A stretch of 32,000 nt of DNA, from the NCBI RefSeq assembly GCF_043950625.1, contig NZ_CP171007.1, one strand, 5' to 3'. Below are positions 1-10,731 of this stretch, in pieces (position 1 is the first letter of the stretch; each line of letters starts with the position of its first letter). Source of the stretch: Alkanindiges sp. WGS2144. Its GTDB lineage: Bacteria > Pseudomonadota > Gammaproteobacteria > Pseudomonadales > Moraxellaceae. Both the position numbers and the translations under genes were made by a program. The notes below the pieces were generated by a model, which was not told the origin of the DNA, ran no database searches, and was given only the letters and a program-made list of their open reading frames with translations.

Positions 1-890
1 TGCGCCTACCACTTACTGTAGCAGTAACAGATGCCTTGATGGTGCGTGTGGCAGAACGCCAGTTTGCTATTCCACTGGCTCATATTGAGCGTATTGTCCG
101 GGTATCTCCGGTGGCGCTGGAGCAATATTACCATAGCAATAATGAGCAATTTGATATTGATGGCCAGTCCTATCGATTAAGGTATTTGGGCGAGTTTACA
201 CAGGGTATCAAAGCGCCTCACCTACAGTCGCAAAGTATGTCTTTACCCGTACTGCTGGTGAAGAGCATGGGTAAGTTCACCGCAATTCAGGTTGACCAGC
301 TGGTGGGTTCCCGCTCAGAAATTGTCGTTAAACCGGCAGGGCAGCAACTGACCTCTATCGATATGATCTCTGGTGCCACCATTCTTGGTGATGGCTCGGT
401 CAGTATCATTCTGGATGCACAGGCTTTGGCGCGTCGCGCAGCGGCAACCGAGCGTATGCAGGTGATTCCAGCTCAGGAAACTGCGTCCGTAACTAGCCGT
501 GCTGATCATAGAAAACAACTGGTCATGGTAGTTGATGATTCTGTAACGGTGCGTAAGGTAACCACACGCTTGCTGGAACGTCAGGGTTATGAAGTGGTCA
601 CGGCCAAAGATGGTGTGGACGCCATAGAAAAACTGGAAGAAGTCACCCCGGATATCATGCTGCTGGATATTGAAATGCCGCGCATGGATGGTTTTGAGGT
701 GGCAAATCTGGTACGACACAATGACCGTATTAGTGAGTTGCCTATTATCATGATTACTTCAAGAACCGGCGAGAAGCACCGTGAGCGTGCTTTCTTGACA
801 GGAGTGAACTGCTACATGGGCAAACCTTTCCAGGAACTGGAATTATTGCAGAATATTGAAGAGCTGCTTGAAACTGCCAGTAATGGTTAG
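1..890 (+). CDS. chpA: ChpA/CheA-type histidine kinase, C-terminal part (CheW-like domain plus C-terminal receiver domain). The 5' end lies outside the window.
   Basis: The reading frame is open from the window edge (RLPLTVAVTDALMVRVAERQFAIPLAHIERI...). This is a CheW-like regulatory domain pattern followed by a receiver domain (VMVVDDSVTVRK...DIMLLDIEMPRMDG...ITSR...KPF). A CheB-like and a CheW-like gene follow, as in Pil-Chp clusters. Confidence 0.8.
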   Translation, partial: RLPLTVAVTDALMVRVAERQFAIPLAHIERIVRVSPVALEQYYHSNNEQFDIDGQSYRLRYLGEFTQGIKAPHLQSQSMSLPVLLVKSMGKFTAIQVDQLVGSRSEIVVKPAGQQLTSIDMISGATILGDGSVSIILDAQALARRAAATERMQVIPAQETASVTSRADHRKQLVMVVDDSVTVRKVTTRLLERQGYEVVTAKDGVDAIEKLEEVTPDIMLLDIEMPRMDGFEVANLVRHNDRISELPIIMITSRTGEKHRERAFLTGVNCYMGKPFQELELLQNIEELLETASNG

Positions 891-932
891 GTTTGGGTTT
901 AAAACTGCGATACGGTCTGTTGTAGTAAACTG

Positions 933-1910
933 ATGACTCCAAAGTTAATCATCATTGCTGATGATGCACGACAACGCCATGCGCTGACTGATGTCAGCCA
1001 GTCTTGTGGTTTTGAAGTACTGCATTGCCTGGCGTCGCGGCAACTCAGTGCAGAACAGCTGAATCACCAGCCAGATTTATGGATCATCGACGTTGAAAAA
1101 GAAGATGATTTACTGGAAGTCATTGGCTTTGATCAGCCTTTTTTAGTCGGGCTTACTACCGCACCATCGTTTACCGAGCAGGTGATGTATAAGCGCTGGA
1201 AGCAGGCAGTGAGCCGCAAGCTGCTTAAGTTGTTGAGTAATGATGTTCCTATTCTAACCAACCGGGTAGTATCAGGTCTTACTCATGGCCGGGTAACGCC
1301 AAGTAAGGTTTTACCTGATGCCTGGCGGGTAGTATTGCTGGCGGCCTCAATGGGTGGCTTAGAAGCGGTTAAAGCGTTTCTGGATCAGTTGCCTACTGAT
1401 TTACCTGTGGTTTTTTTACTGGTACAGCATATTGATCCTTATATGCAGGTACAGCTTCCCCGGATTTTAAGTCGGCATAATCAATGGCCTATTGTCATAC
1501 TGGACGAACCGATAGAACAGCTAGAATGTAGCAAGGTATATATTGTGCCAGCGCTTCATCAGATCAGTTTTACGCAGCATGGTGGCGTGCAGCTATTGTC
1601 GGAAAACTGGCCCGGTGCTTACCAGCCGTCTATTACCGAAATGATGCATCGTGCCAGTAATCTATTCAGGCAACAATTGCTGACTGTTGTTTTTAGTGGG
1701 ATGGGTGATGATGGCAGCCATTCAGCAGCGCACCAGATTGCCTGTGGTGGTATGATTTGGGCACAGATTGCTGATAGTTGTGCCTGTCCAAGCCAGCCAG
1801 ACCAGATGCGTGCCACAGGGCAGGTTAGTTTTAACGCTACACCGGAAGGGCTGGCAGAGCAACTTATGAATGAATATCAACAAAGCAGGGAGAAAAGCTG
1901 TGAAGGCTAA
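933..1910 (+). CDS. chpB: CheB-like protein-glutamate methylesterase (ChpB-like) with a short N-terminal receiver-like region
   Basis: The 325-aa ORF carries the CheB catalytic-triad contexts: LLAASMGGLEAV (Ser), LLVQHI (His) and FSGMGDDG (Asp). The N-terminus (IIIADD...DLWIIDV) is receiver-like but short. Confidence 0.75.
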   Translation: MTPKLIIIADDARQRHALTDVSQSCGFEVLHCLASRQLSAEQLNHQPDLWIIDVEKEDDLLEVIGFDQPFLVGLTTAPSFTEQVMYKRWKQAVSRKLLKLLSNDVPILTNRVVSGLTHGRVTPSKVLPDAWRVVLLAASMGGLEAVKAFLDQLPTDLPVVFLLVQHIDPYMQVQLPRILSRHNQWPIVILDEPIEQLECSKVYIVPALHQISFTQHGGVQLLSENWPGAYQPSITEMMHRASNLFRQQLLTVVFSGMGDDGSHSAAHQIACGGMIWAQIADSCACPSQPDQMRATGQVSFNATPEGLAEQLMNEYQQSREKSCEG

Positions 1911-2343
1911 TGCAAATTATCAGGATGCTAGTCATACCATGAGCTTGCTCACGACAACCACAGGCTTTGTCGATGTGTACATGATCGAGGCGCATGATCA
2001 ATTGCCCTGGCTTATTCCGCAGAATCTGGTACTGGCGGCTTTAAGTGCGCCTGCGACCAGTCACGAAATTGAATGGCGTGATTTGCACCTACCGGTTTTG
2101 TCACTGGTAGATACGCAGCAGGAAAATCCAGTTGCTCTGGTGCTGGAAGGTTTTAACCAGTACCGTTTTGCACTACTCACCGCTAGAATGCCTGAAGCAC
2201 AGCGCGTGCGTATTTCCAGTCTGCATGATGAAGACCAGGAACCGGGTGATAAGCGCTTTAACTTCCAGACAGTTAGAATGGCAGAGCAGCTTTATCAGGT
2301 GCCGGACTTTGAAAAAATCCAGCAGCATTTAACCAGTAAATAA
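1900..2343 (+). CDS. CheW-like coupling protein (ChpC-like), divergent
   Basis: The ORF follows chpB directly. A GTG at 1900 sits 7 nt after AGGGAGA and overlaps the chpB stop; alternative starts are ATG 1870 and ATG 1939. Its pattern (IEWRDLHLPVLSL...VALVLEG...FALLTARM) resembles a degenerate CheW fold, and its position matches chpC in Pil-Chp clusters. Confidence 0.45.
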   Translation: MKANANYQDASHTMSLLTTTTGFVDVYMIEAHDQLPWLIPQNLVLAALSAPATSHEIEWRDLHLPVLSLVDTQQENPVALVLEGFNQYRFALLTARMPEAQRVRISSLHDEDQEPGDKRFNFQTVRMAEQLYQVPDFEKIQQHLTSK

Positions 2344-2370
2344 TACAGTCGGCACAACACAGCGATGCTG

Positions 2371-3540
<1,170 letters not shown>

Positions 3541-3595
3541 TCATAACATTAATCAGGTGCTTTGATATGCAGGCGCATAAGACGAGCTAAAAAAT

Positions 3596-3633
3596 TGCAA
3601 AAAATAAAACCTGCTACCAGATCTGATAGCAGG
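3596..3633 (-). terminator. Intrinsic terminator downstream of the entericidin-like ORF
   Basis: Hairpin CCTGCTA-N10-TAGCAGG at 3610-3633. On the minus strand it is followed by TTTTATTTTTT. The plus strand also has a T-run, so it may act in both directions. Confidence 0.55.
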
Positions 3634-3658
3634 CTTATTTTTAAACAGAAAAGGTAAA

Positions 3659-3796
3659 TTACATTTTCTGTTGAGTATCGGCAGCGGTATCAGTTACTTT
3701 ATCGCCAGCACGTGAAACGTCCTGACCAAAACCTTTCATGGTGTTACAGCCAGTTAATACCACGCCAATCAATGCAAGAGCAGCAAGTACTTTCAT
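3659..3796 (-). CDS. Entericidin A/B-family small lipoprotein (45 aa). It is below the ORF-track size cutoff.
   Basis: My hand translation is MKVLAALALIGVVLTGCNTMKGFGQDVSRAGDKVTDTAADTQQKM. It has an LTGC lipobox followed by NT-x-(K/R)GFG-(E/Q)D, as in E. coli EcnA/EcnB. A GGAGA RBS lies ~8 nt upstream and a terminator lies downstream. Confidence 0.75.
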   Translation of the reverse strand: MKVLAALALIGVVLTGCNTMKGFGQDVSRAGDKVTDTAADTQQKM

Positions 3797-3903
3797 ATTT
3801 TCTCTCCAGAAATACAATATAGTTTGTAGTTTTAAACTTATAGGAGTGCTATCTGTTTGAAAATATTAGCTGCGTAATTTTTGAGTTTCCAAGTGTTAGT
3901 TTT

Positions 3904-4770
3904 TTAGAGTGGTTTATGCCTTTTGTCAGCAATGCGTAACATATATTGAGTAACCACTTGATTTTGGAAGTTAAGCAGAAAATATAAACCGCTGGTCCAG
4001 TAAGTTAGTGAGGCCGCAGGGCGCTCCACATATTGCGGTACTATCCACTCGGGGCGACTGGCTCGCCGCCATATATAGTGAGAAGGGGTGGAAGGAATAT
4101 TATTTCCCCAGTTGCCATGCAAGTGCTGTTTGGCTACCCAGTCAGGCACCCTAAGAGAACCTGGCGGATAAAACAATCTACCTTTGATAATGGCTCGCCG
4201 CGTGTTGATGGTTATGTCATTGACTTGGTTTACATTAAACTGATGCTGTTGCAGGTGGTTAATTTTTCTTCCCAGACTATCCCGGCGATTAAGCCCTAAC
4301 CAGTCCTCTGCAAAGAAACCTGCTTCGCCCAGATAAAATTTGATCGCAACTTCCCAGTGTTCAATCAGCCCAGTGTCCTGATTGTGGATTAAAAAATCCA
4401 GTTCACCTACCGTACGTTGTCCTTCCATGCGCTTAACGCTTTGTCCTATCAATTTAAAAGGATGATAGCTGTCATCTTGTAACCAGAAAGTTAGCAAATG
4501 CTCAAAGCGGATACCAAGCCGGGTACTGCGCAGCTGCAACATATGCTGCTCTAAGGGATGCGGATTTTGATCCAGTTGTTTTAGGCGCGGTAAATATTGC
4601 TCAAACTGCATACGCCAGAAATGAGCATCCGGTAGATTGATTGGCTCAGTAAGGTCTGGTGTATTAGGCCAGCTGTGCAACAGGGGAGGGCTGGCAATGC
4701 TAAAAGCCAATTCTCTAACGATGGGATGCTTAAATTGTAGCCAGGGCGGTGATATCAATTGAGCGTTCAT
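3904..4770 (-). CDS. DUF1853-like protein (putative PD-(D/E)XK-fold)
   Basis: I prefer the start at ATG 4770 (MNAQLISPPWLQF...). The track's longer start at 4884 would run into the tRNA-operon terminator region. The core GELDFLIHN...HWEVAIKFYLG resembles DUF1853 from memory. This is not verified by search. Confidence 0.55.
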   Translation of the reverse strand: MNAQLISPPWLQFKHPIVRELAFSIASPPLLHSWPNTPDLTEPINLPDAHFWRMQFEQYLPRLKQLDQNPHPLEQHMLQLRSTRLGIRFEHLLTFWLQDDSYHPFKLIGQSVKRMEGQRTVGELDFLIHNQDTGLIEHWEVAIKFYLGEAGFFAEDWLGLNRRDSLGRKINHLQQHQFNVNQVNDITINTRRAIIKGRLFYPPGSLRVPDWVAKQHLHGNWGNNIPSTPSHYIWRRASRPEWIVPQYVERPAASLTYWTSGLYFLLNFQNQVVTQYMLRIADKRHKPL

Positions 4771-4887
4771 GCATATAGCAAGCAGCAGCCAAGTTATGGG
4801 GAATGAAAAGCCAGTATAGGGACTAAAATTGCAAAAGCCTAATCGATAGAACCAGGGTCTAATTAAAAATAAAAATTTTAACAATAA

Positions 4888-4922
4888 AAAAACCGCTGGC
4901 CTTTTAAAGACTAGCGGTTTTT
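4888..4922 (-). terminator. Intrinsic terminator of the tRNA-Cys/tRNA-Leu operon
   Basis: Hairpin ACCGCT-N15-AGCGGT flanked by A/T runs. On the minus strand the stem is followed by TTTTTTTATT, just 3' of tRNA-Leu. Confidence 0.6.
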
Positions 4923-4928
4923 AAAATA

Positions 4929-5015
4929 TGGTGCCCCGGGCCAGAATCGAACTGGCACGCCCGTGAAGGCGAGGGATTTTAAATCCCTTGTGTCTACCGA
5001 TTTCACCACCGGGGC
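4929..5015 (-). tRNA. leuZ: tRNA-Leu (anticodon UAA), 87 nt with encoded CCA
   Basis: The reverse complement reads GCCCCGGTGGTGAAATCGGTAGACACAAGGGATTTAAAATCCCTC...GGTTCGATTCTGGCCCGGGGCACCA. It has a long variable arm and is near-identical in its core to E. coli tRNA-Leu(UAA). Confidence 0.95.
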
Positions 5016-5034
5016 AATACTTCTTCAAAGAAGA

Positions 5035-5108
5035 TGGAGGCGCGATCCGGAGTCGAACCGGACTAATCGGATTTGCAATCCGGTGCATAACCGCTTTGCT
5101 ATCGCGCC
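5035..5108 (-). tRNA. cysT: tRNA-Cys (anticodon GCA), 74 nt with encoded CCA
   Basis: The reverse complement reads GGCGCGATAGCAAAGCGGTTATGCACCGGATTGCAAATCCGATTAGTCCGGTTCGACTCCGGATCGCGCCTCCA. It closely resembles E. coli tRNA-Cys, and the cysT-leuZ order matches E. coli. Confidence 0.95.
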
Positions 5109-5170
5109 ATTGCAAACATGATTGCTCGCGCTACACGGCTAAAAGCATTGCTTTTGTGAGTGCCGTTTAG

Positions 5171-5205
5171 GCCGACAATATTAGCAGCCTGAAAAAAAAT
5201 TACAA
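5171..5205 (-). promoter_or_regulatory. Putative sigma70 promoter of the tRNA operon
   Basis: On the minus strand: TTGTAA (5205-5200), a 16-nt spacer, TAATAT (5183-5178), then a GC-rich discriminator (TGTCGGCC). It lies ~60 nt upstream of tRNA-Cys. Confidence 0.45.
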
Positions 5206-5309
5206 GTAAATCAGACCGACATTATGGCTAAAAAGACAGCAAACACATCAAAACAACTGCTTTCATTTAATGTATTATGCGCACATTATTTATCGCCGGA
5301 GAATTTGTT

Positions 5310-6158
5310 GTGGCAACTTTGCTAGATGGCCGTGCCCTGGCCGCAAAAATAGAACAGGATTTAAGCCAGCGCGTTGCAGCATTAAAACAAAAAACGGGTC
5401 GCACGCCAATTCTGGCTACTATTCTGGTGGGCGATGACGGTGCTTCGGCCACCTATGTGCGTATGAAGGGCAATGCCTGCCGCCGTGTAGGCATGGATTC
5501 CTTAAAAATAGAGCTGCCACAGGCCACCACAACTGCGCAGTTACTGGCCGAAATTGAAAAGCTTAATGCCAATCCGGATGTACATGGTATTTTGTTGCAA
5601 CACCCTGTACCTGAGCAAATAGACGAACGTGCCTGCTTTGATGCTATTCAGTTGAATAAAGATGTGGATGGCGTGACCTGCCTGGGTTTTGGTCGTATGA
5701 GCATGGGCGAAGCGGCCTATGGTTCGGCAACCCCGCAAGGAATTATGACCATTTTAAAGGAATACGGCATTGAAATTGCTGGTAAGCATGCCATAGTGGT
5801 GGGGCGTAGTGCCATTTTGGGTAAACCCATGGCGATGATGCTGCTGGCAGCCAATGCCACGGTAACTATTTGTCATTCACGCACCCAGAATCTGGCGGAG
5901 CTGGTTAAACAGGCCGATATTATTGTCGGGGCGGTAGGCAAGGCAGAGCTGATTCAAAAAGACTGGATTAAGGCGGGGGCGGTGGTTGTAGATGCAGGTT
6001 TTCATCCTCGCGCGGGGGGCGGTGTGGGCGATATTGAATTAACGGGTATTGAGCAAATTGCCAGTAGCTATACGCCTGTTCCGGGCGGTGTAGGACCCAT
6101 GACCATTACTACCCTAATTCGTCAAACCGTAGAAGCAGCTGAAAAAGCGTTGGGTTAA
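5310..6158 (+). CDS. folD: Bifunctional methylenetetrahydrofolate dehydrogenase/cyclohydrolase
   Basis: A GTG at 5310 lies 7 nt after GGAGA and gives [14 protein letters not shown]..., the typical FolD N-terminus. The track start at 5277 is probably over-extended. It shows full-length FolD similarity ([39 protein letters not shown]). Confidence 0.9.
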   Translation: MATLLDGRALAAKIEQDLSQRVAALKQKTGRTPILATILVGDDGASATYVRMKGNACRRVGMDSLKIELPQATTTAQLLAEIEKLNANPDVHGILLQHPVPEQIDERACFDAIQLNKDVDGVTCLGFGRMSMGEAAYGSATPQGIMTILKEYGIEIAGKHAIVVGRSAILGKPMAMMLLAANATVTICHSRTQNLAELVKQADIIVGAVGKAELIQKDWIKAGAVVVDAGFHPRAGGGVGDIELTGIEQIASSYTPVPGGVGPMTITTLIRQTVEAAEKALG

Positions 6159-6161
6159 CCC

Positions 6162-6836
6162 ATGAGTTGTACTTTTCAGCTAACCAAAGCGCCTGTGGAG
6201 TTGTTGCAGGCGCTCAATCAGGTGATTCCCGATACCCAGCTACTAGCGCAGCAATTGCCGGATACGGCCATACATTTATGGCTGATACCACCGGTATTGC
6301 CAACTGAACGTATGGATGATGAGGTAATACGCCGAATCTGGAATGATACGCCATACTGGATTTTTTGCTGGGCATCGGGGCTGGCAATGGCGCAGTGGCT
6401 GCTGACTAATCCGCAACAGGTTAGGGGGAAAGTAGTGCTGGACTTTGGTGCCGGTTCGGGCGTAGTCGCTATTGCTGCCAGGCTTGCCGGTGCAAAACGG
6501 GTGATTGCCTGTGATATTGATCCGGTAAGTCTAGCTGCTTGCCGGGAAAATGCCTTGCTCAATGAGGTTGAGCTGGAGTACCTGGATGATTTATATGCCT
6601 GTCCGGAGAGGGTCGATGTGCTGCTGGCCGCAGATGTACTCTACGATCAGAGCAACCGGTTTTTCCTGGATGAGTTTTTAAAGTTTGCGAAAGAAGTGTG
6701 GGTTGCAGATTCCCGGGTTAAAAACTTCTCTCATCCTATGTATATCAAAGTGAATGAGCAGAGCGCCAGCACCTGGCCAGATCTGGATGAGGCCAGGGAA
6801 TTTAGAAATGTCAGCTTTTATCGTACCCGTGACTAG
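6162..6836 (+). CDS. Class I SAM-dependent methyltransferase (PrmA/Nnt1-like)
   Basis: Motif I is VLDFGAGSGVVAIAARLAGAKRVIACDIDP, followed by the post-I acidic residue and LLAADVLYD. The gene starts 4 nt after the folD stop. Confidence 0.7.
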   Translation: MSCTFQLTKAPVELLQALNQVIPDTQLLAQQLPDTAIHLWLIPPVLPTERMDDEVIRRIWNDTPYWIFCWASGLAMAQWLLTNPQQVRGKVVLDFGAGSGVVAIAARLAGAKRVIACDIDPVSLAACRENALLNEVELEYLDDLYACPERVDVLLAADVLYDQSNRFFLDEFLKFAKEVWVADSRVKNFSHPMYIKVNEQSASTWPDLDEAREFRNVSFYRTRD

Positions 6837-6865
6837 GAACACGCCCTAAACAACCTTAGCTTATC

Positions 6866-7327
6866 TTAAGATGAACATTCGGCTGTAACTTGTTTTAAAA
6901 CCTGAGGCCGGGTGTTTAGCATGTCCAGGTTTGCAGGATTGCTATTATTGGACAGTCTGGGGGTTGCTGACAGCCCAAATGAAGTACGTGAGCTGTTGCC
7001 AAGAGCAATACTATTTTTGCTGCTATTAACCTCATCCTGCGGGGTTGGTCGGGCAAATTCTTTTTGATTGACTATATTTACCTTAACTGAGGTATGGGTA
7101 GTTAGTCCCAGCTCCTGGGCGCAGGCTTTTTGCAGTTTTTTTTGTAGTGCGGTATCTGTGGTTTTGCTGTCCATAGTATAGCTAATAACCAGCGGCTGTG
7201 AATTGCCGGATAGACGCTGATAACCGGTTTGGCCGTTATAAGACTGTATGCTTTGACAGCCAGTAAGTACAGTGAGCAGCCCAGCGTTTAGTAATGTTAT
7301 TGCGCTTTTCATATCAGTGTTTTTCAT
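6866..7327 (-). CDS. Hypothetical lipoprotein
   Basis: An ATG at 7327 lies 7 nt after AAGGA. The signal peptide has a lipobox (LLTVLTGC|QS). The mature part is Ser/Asn/Thr-rich and I recognise no family. Confidence 0.6.
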   Translation of the reverse strand: MKNTDMKSAITLLNAGLLTVLTGCQSIQSYNGQTGYQRLSGNSQPLVISYTMDSKTTDTALQKKLQKACAQELGLTTHTSVKVNIVNQKEFARPTPQDEVNSSKNSIALGNSSRTSFGLSATPRLSNNSNPANLDMLNTRPQVLKQVTAECSS

Positions 7328-7458
7328 GCTCAAATCCTTATATCCCCTAAAATTATCTATTGAAATTATGACATAGCCTGAGGCACTCGGCTGCCTTTAA
7401 TTGTGCATTTGCTGTAGTGCAAAACCTTTAGGAATCGCTTTATAAAAATAAACTGGTA

Positions 7459-7485
7459 TAAAAAAAGAGCCGCCGGGGCGACTCT
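7459..7485 (-). terminator. Intrinsic terminator downstream of pckG
   Basis: On the minus strand, the GC-rich hairpin AGAGTCGCCCCGGCGGCTCT is followed by TTTTTTT. Confidence 0.55.
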
Positions 7486-7512
7486 CTATGTAAGCTGCTT
7501 ATGGCTTAAACA

Positions 7513-9345
7513 TTAGGCAGCACTTTCTGCATTAACAGCTTCTACCAATGCTTCACGACGTGCTTTAAGTGCTTGTGGCAAGCGGTCACCAATTTTTTCA
7601 AACAACTCTGCATGGCTTTGCAATTCTTTATTCCATTGCTCAGCATTTTGCGAAGTGACTTGTTCAAACTGTTCAGGGCTAAAGTCAGAACCAGTCCAGT
7701 TGAGCTGCTCATAGCTGGGTACATAGCCAATTGGTGTTTCAGTGGCGTCTACACGGCCTTCGCAACGGTCGATCATCCATTGCAGAACACGCATGTTTTG
7801 ACCAAAACCAGGCCAGATAAAGTCACCATTTTCGTCACGACGGAACCAGTTTACGTTGAAAATCTTGGGCAGCTTGGCACCGGATTTTTCCAGTTTCTCA
7901 CCCAGGTTTAACCAGTGCTGGAAGTAGTCGCCCATGTTGTAACCGGCAAACGGCAGCATGGCAAACGGGTCGCGACGGACAATGCCTTGCTGACCGACAG
8001 CCGCAGCGGTGGTTTCAGAGCCCATAGTGGCTGCTTTGTACACGCCATCTACCCAATCAAAGGCTTCTACCACTAAAGGGACAGTGTCGGCACGACGGCC
8101 ACCAAAGATAAAGGCAGAAATAGGCACGCCAGCTGGATTTTCCCAGTCAGCATCAATGGATGGGCACTGGCTGGCAGATACAGTAAAACGTGCGTTTGGA
8201 TGCGCTGCCTTGGTACCAGATTCAGCAGTCCATGGCTTACCAGTCCAGTCAGTTAAATTGGCAGGTGCTTCTTTGCTTAGACCTTCCCACCATACTTCGC
8301 CATCATCAGTCACTGCCACGTTGGTATAGATTACGTTTTCGTTTAAGGTTGCCATGCAGTTGGGGTTGGTTTTGGTATTCGTACCCGGTGCAACGCCAAA
8401 GAAGCCGGCTTCAGGGTTAATGGCGTATAGGCGGCAATCTTCACCAGGTTTAATCCAGGCAATATCATCACCCACGGTTTCTACTTTCCAGCCTTCAAAG
8501 CCAGCAGGTGGAATCAGCATGGCAAAGTTGGTTTTACCACAGGCAGACGGGAAGGCAGCCGCCACGTAGTGTTTTTCACCTTGTGGGTTGGTTAAGCCCA
8601 GAATCAGCATGTGCTCGGCCAGCCAGCCCTGATCACGACCCATCACAGAGGCAATACGTAGCGCCAGGCACTTTTTACCCAATAAGGCATTACCACCGTA
8701 ACCTGAGCCATAAGACCAGATTTCACGGGTTTCTGGATAGTGAACAATGTATTTGGTGTCATTGCATGGCCAGGATACATCTTTTTGACCGGCTTCCAGT
8801 GGCATGCCAACAGAGTGAACGCAAGGCACAAACTCACCATCAGTACCCAGTACGTCGTACACTGCCTTGCCCATACGCGCCATAATACGCATGTTGACCA
8901 CCACATAAGGAGAGTCGGTTAACTCAATCCCGATGTGAGCAATATGGCTGCCTAAAGGACCCATGGAAAAAGGCACCACATACATGGTACGTCCGCGCAT
9001 ACAGCCTTCAAACAGACCATTTAAGGTTTGACGCATTTCTGCTGGCGCCATCCAGTGATTGGTTGCGCCGGCATCTTCCTGTTTTTCTGAGCAAATAAAG
9101 GTACGGTCTTCAACCCGCGCTACGTCAGATGGATCGGAGCTGGCAAGATAAGAATTTGGATGCTTTTCTTGATTTAATTTTTGCATGGTGCCGTTTGCAA
9201 CCATCAGGTCGAGCAGGCGCTGGTTTTCTTCACTGCTGCCATCGCACCATTCGATACGGTCAGGTTGCGTTAGTGCTGCGATTTGTTCCACCCATGCGAT
9301 CAGTTTAGGGTGGCGAACGAATTCAGGTGCGTTCACTTGGGTCAT
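7513..9345 (-). CDS. pckG: Phosphoenolpyruvate carboxykinase (GTP)
   Basis: The start at ATG 9345 ([15 protein letters not shown]...) gives ~610 aa. The GTP-PEPCK kinase-1a motif FPSACGKTN is present, with family-wide similarity. The track's 19-codon N-terminal extension is unlikely. Confidence 0.92.
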   Translation of the reverse strand: MTQVNAPEFVRHPKLIAWVEQIAALTQPDRIEWCDGSSEENQRLLDLMVANGTMQKLNQEKHPNSYLASSDPSDVARVEDRTFICSEKQEDAGATNHWMAPAEMRQTLNGLFEGCMRGRTMYVVPFSMGPLGSHIAHIGIELTDSPYVVVNMRIMARMGKAVYDVLGTDGEFVPCVHSVGMPLEAGQKDVSWPCNDTKYIVHYPETREIWSYGSGYGGNALLGKKCLALRIASVMGRDQGWLAEHMLILGLTNPQGEKHYVAAAFPSACGKTNFAMLIPPAGFEGWKVETVGDDIAWIKPGEDCRLYAINPEAGFFGVAPGTNTKTNPNCMATLNENVIYTNVAVTDDGEVWWEGLSKEAPANLTDWTGKPWTAESGTKAAHPNARFTVSASQCPSIDADWENPAGVPISAFIFGGRRADTVPLVVEAFDWVDGVYKAATMGSETTAAAVGQQGIVRRDPFAMLPFAGYNMGDYFQHWLNLGEKLEKSGAKLPKIFNVNWFRRDENGDFIWPGFGQNMRVLQWMIDRCEGRVDATETPIGYVPSYEQLNWTGSDFSPEQFEQVTSQNAEQWNKELQSHAELFEKIGDRLPQALKARREALVEAVNAESAA

Positions 9346-9776
9346 GGTGAGGCCTATCTTTGATGCGTACAATACGTACAAAACAGCGAGCTTTCGGATC
9401 ACGAAAGAATCGCCACAAAAATGATGCGCCTATTAAACCACAAAAGCGCTTATATTTTAAGATGTAACTTTTTATAACTTTAGGCTGGAATATGTTATTT
9501 AATATTTAATTAACAAAAGCTTAGCTATAAAATATAAGAGGGTATTCAGGCTAAATATGAAATTTTAATACTCATCATTTTTATTTATGATGTTATTAAT
9601 GTATTGAAAAGTATTGCTTTTATTTAAAAAATAAAAGAAAGGTAAATATTTGTAGTGAGCTGCCTTAGCACTTGTACGTATAGAGCTGGTAATTAATGCT
9701 AATTCATTTTTGCTGCACATCAGCTATGATTTTTCGGTTTTTGATCGTTCATAATAATGCTTAAAAGGAGCATACC

Positions 9777-10559
9777 ATGCAGTTGGAGAATAAGGTAGCC
9801 ATTGTGACAGGTGGCGCTTCAGGTTTAGGACTGGCAACAGTTGAAGCGTTTGCTGCCAAAGGGGCAAAAGTGGTTATTTTTGATCTTAACCAGCAACAGG
9901 GTGATGAAGTTGCCCAGCGACTCAATATTCAGCATGGTGACTGCGCGCGTGCTCTGTCTGTAGATGTGAGCGACGAAACTGCTGTACATGCTGCAATCCA
10001 GCAGACAGTGGCCTTATTTGGCGGCTTACATATTTGTGTGAATTGTGCAGGCATTGGTTCGGCTACCCGCACTGTGGGGAAAAATGGGGCGCATCCTTTA
10101 TCCAGTTTTAGCAAAGTGATTCAGATCAACCTGATTGGCACTTTTAACGTGACCCGCCTGGCAGCCGAAGCCATGCAACATAATAGCCCAGTCACAGAAG
10201 ATGGTGAGCGTGGCGTGATTATTAATACGGCATCGGTTGCGGCTTTTGATGGACAGATTGGACAGGTGGCTTATTCTGCATCCAAAGGTGGCGTTGTGGG
10301 TATGACTCTACCACTGGCACGAGATCTGGCAGTCATTGGTGTGCGGGTAAATACCATTGCACCGGGTATTTTTAACACACCGCTGATGAATAGCTCACCT
10401 GATTCCGTAAAAATGCCATTAATAGAAATGACCCAGTTTCCCAAGCGTCTGGGACACCCTGAGGAATATGCGCAACTGGCGATCCATATGGTAGAAAACA
10501 GTTTTATGAATGGCGAAACTATTCGCCTGGATGGAGCAATTCGTATGGCTCCGCGCTAA
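9777..10559 (+). CDS. Short-chain dehydrogenase, 3-hydroxyacyl-CoA dehydrogenase type (HSD17B10/FadB2-like)
   Basis: An AAGGAG RBS lies 6 nt upstream. It has the TGGASGLG cofactor motif, the YSASKGG catalytic Y-x3-K, and [15 protein letters not shown]. Confidence 0.85.
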   Translation: MQLENKVAIVTGGASGLGLATVEAFAAKGAKVVIFDLNQQQGDEVAQRLNIQHGDCARALSVDVSDETAVHAAIQQTVALFGGLHICVNCAGIGSATRTVGKNGAHPLSSFSKVIQINLIGTFNVTRLAAEAMQHNSPVTEDGERGVIINTASVAAFDGQIGQVAYSASKGGVVGMTLPLARDLAVIGVRVNTIAPGIFNTPLMNSSPDSVKMPLIEMTQFPKRLGHPEEYAQLAIHMVENSFMNGETIRLDGAIRMAPR

Positions 10560-10731
10560 TTGTTGCGGTAAATATTGACCTTCAAGGCAATGGGGCTTGT
10601 TGCCTCATTGCAATTTAGAGATGACTGATTTTTTTGACGCTTTCATCAATCCTTTAATTTATGATAAACCTTGAATTGTCTTTTATCAGCGCCTCACTTA
10701 AGCTTGCCTGAATTGGTTAATTGCTATTTTT

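Noticed and set aside
4771-4884. N-terminal extensions proposed by the ORF track for the DUF1853-like gene. The same issue arises at 5277-5309 (folD), 9346-9402 (pckG), 21851-21940 (CoA-transferase), 28722-28754 (DUF934), 29391-29405 (yaaA) and 15327-15383 (antitoxin).
   Set aside because: Internal starts have proper RBS spacing and reproduce the canonical family N-termini. The extensions are hydrophobic or low-complexity read-through of promoter or terminator DNA.
4929-5108. Whether the tRNA-Leu/tRNA-Cys locus serves as an integration site for a genomic island.
   Set aside because: There is no integrase, no direct repeat of the tRNA 3' end and no foreign-looking cargo next to it. The flanking genes (DUF1853-like, folD) look chromosomal.
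7542-9424. Numerous 60-125-codon ORFs antisense to or out of frame within pckG. The same pattern occurs inside dapE, valS, cysI, the symporter and others.
   Set aside because: They are nested in strongly supported genes, lack RBSs and have low-complexity or Arg/Ser/Pro-rich translations typical of shadow frames.
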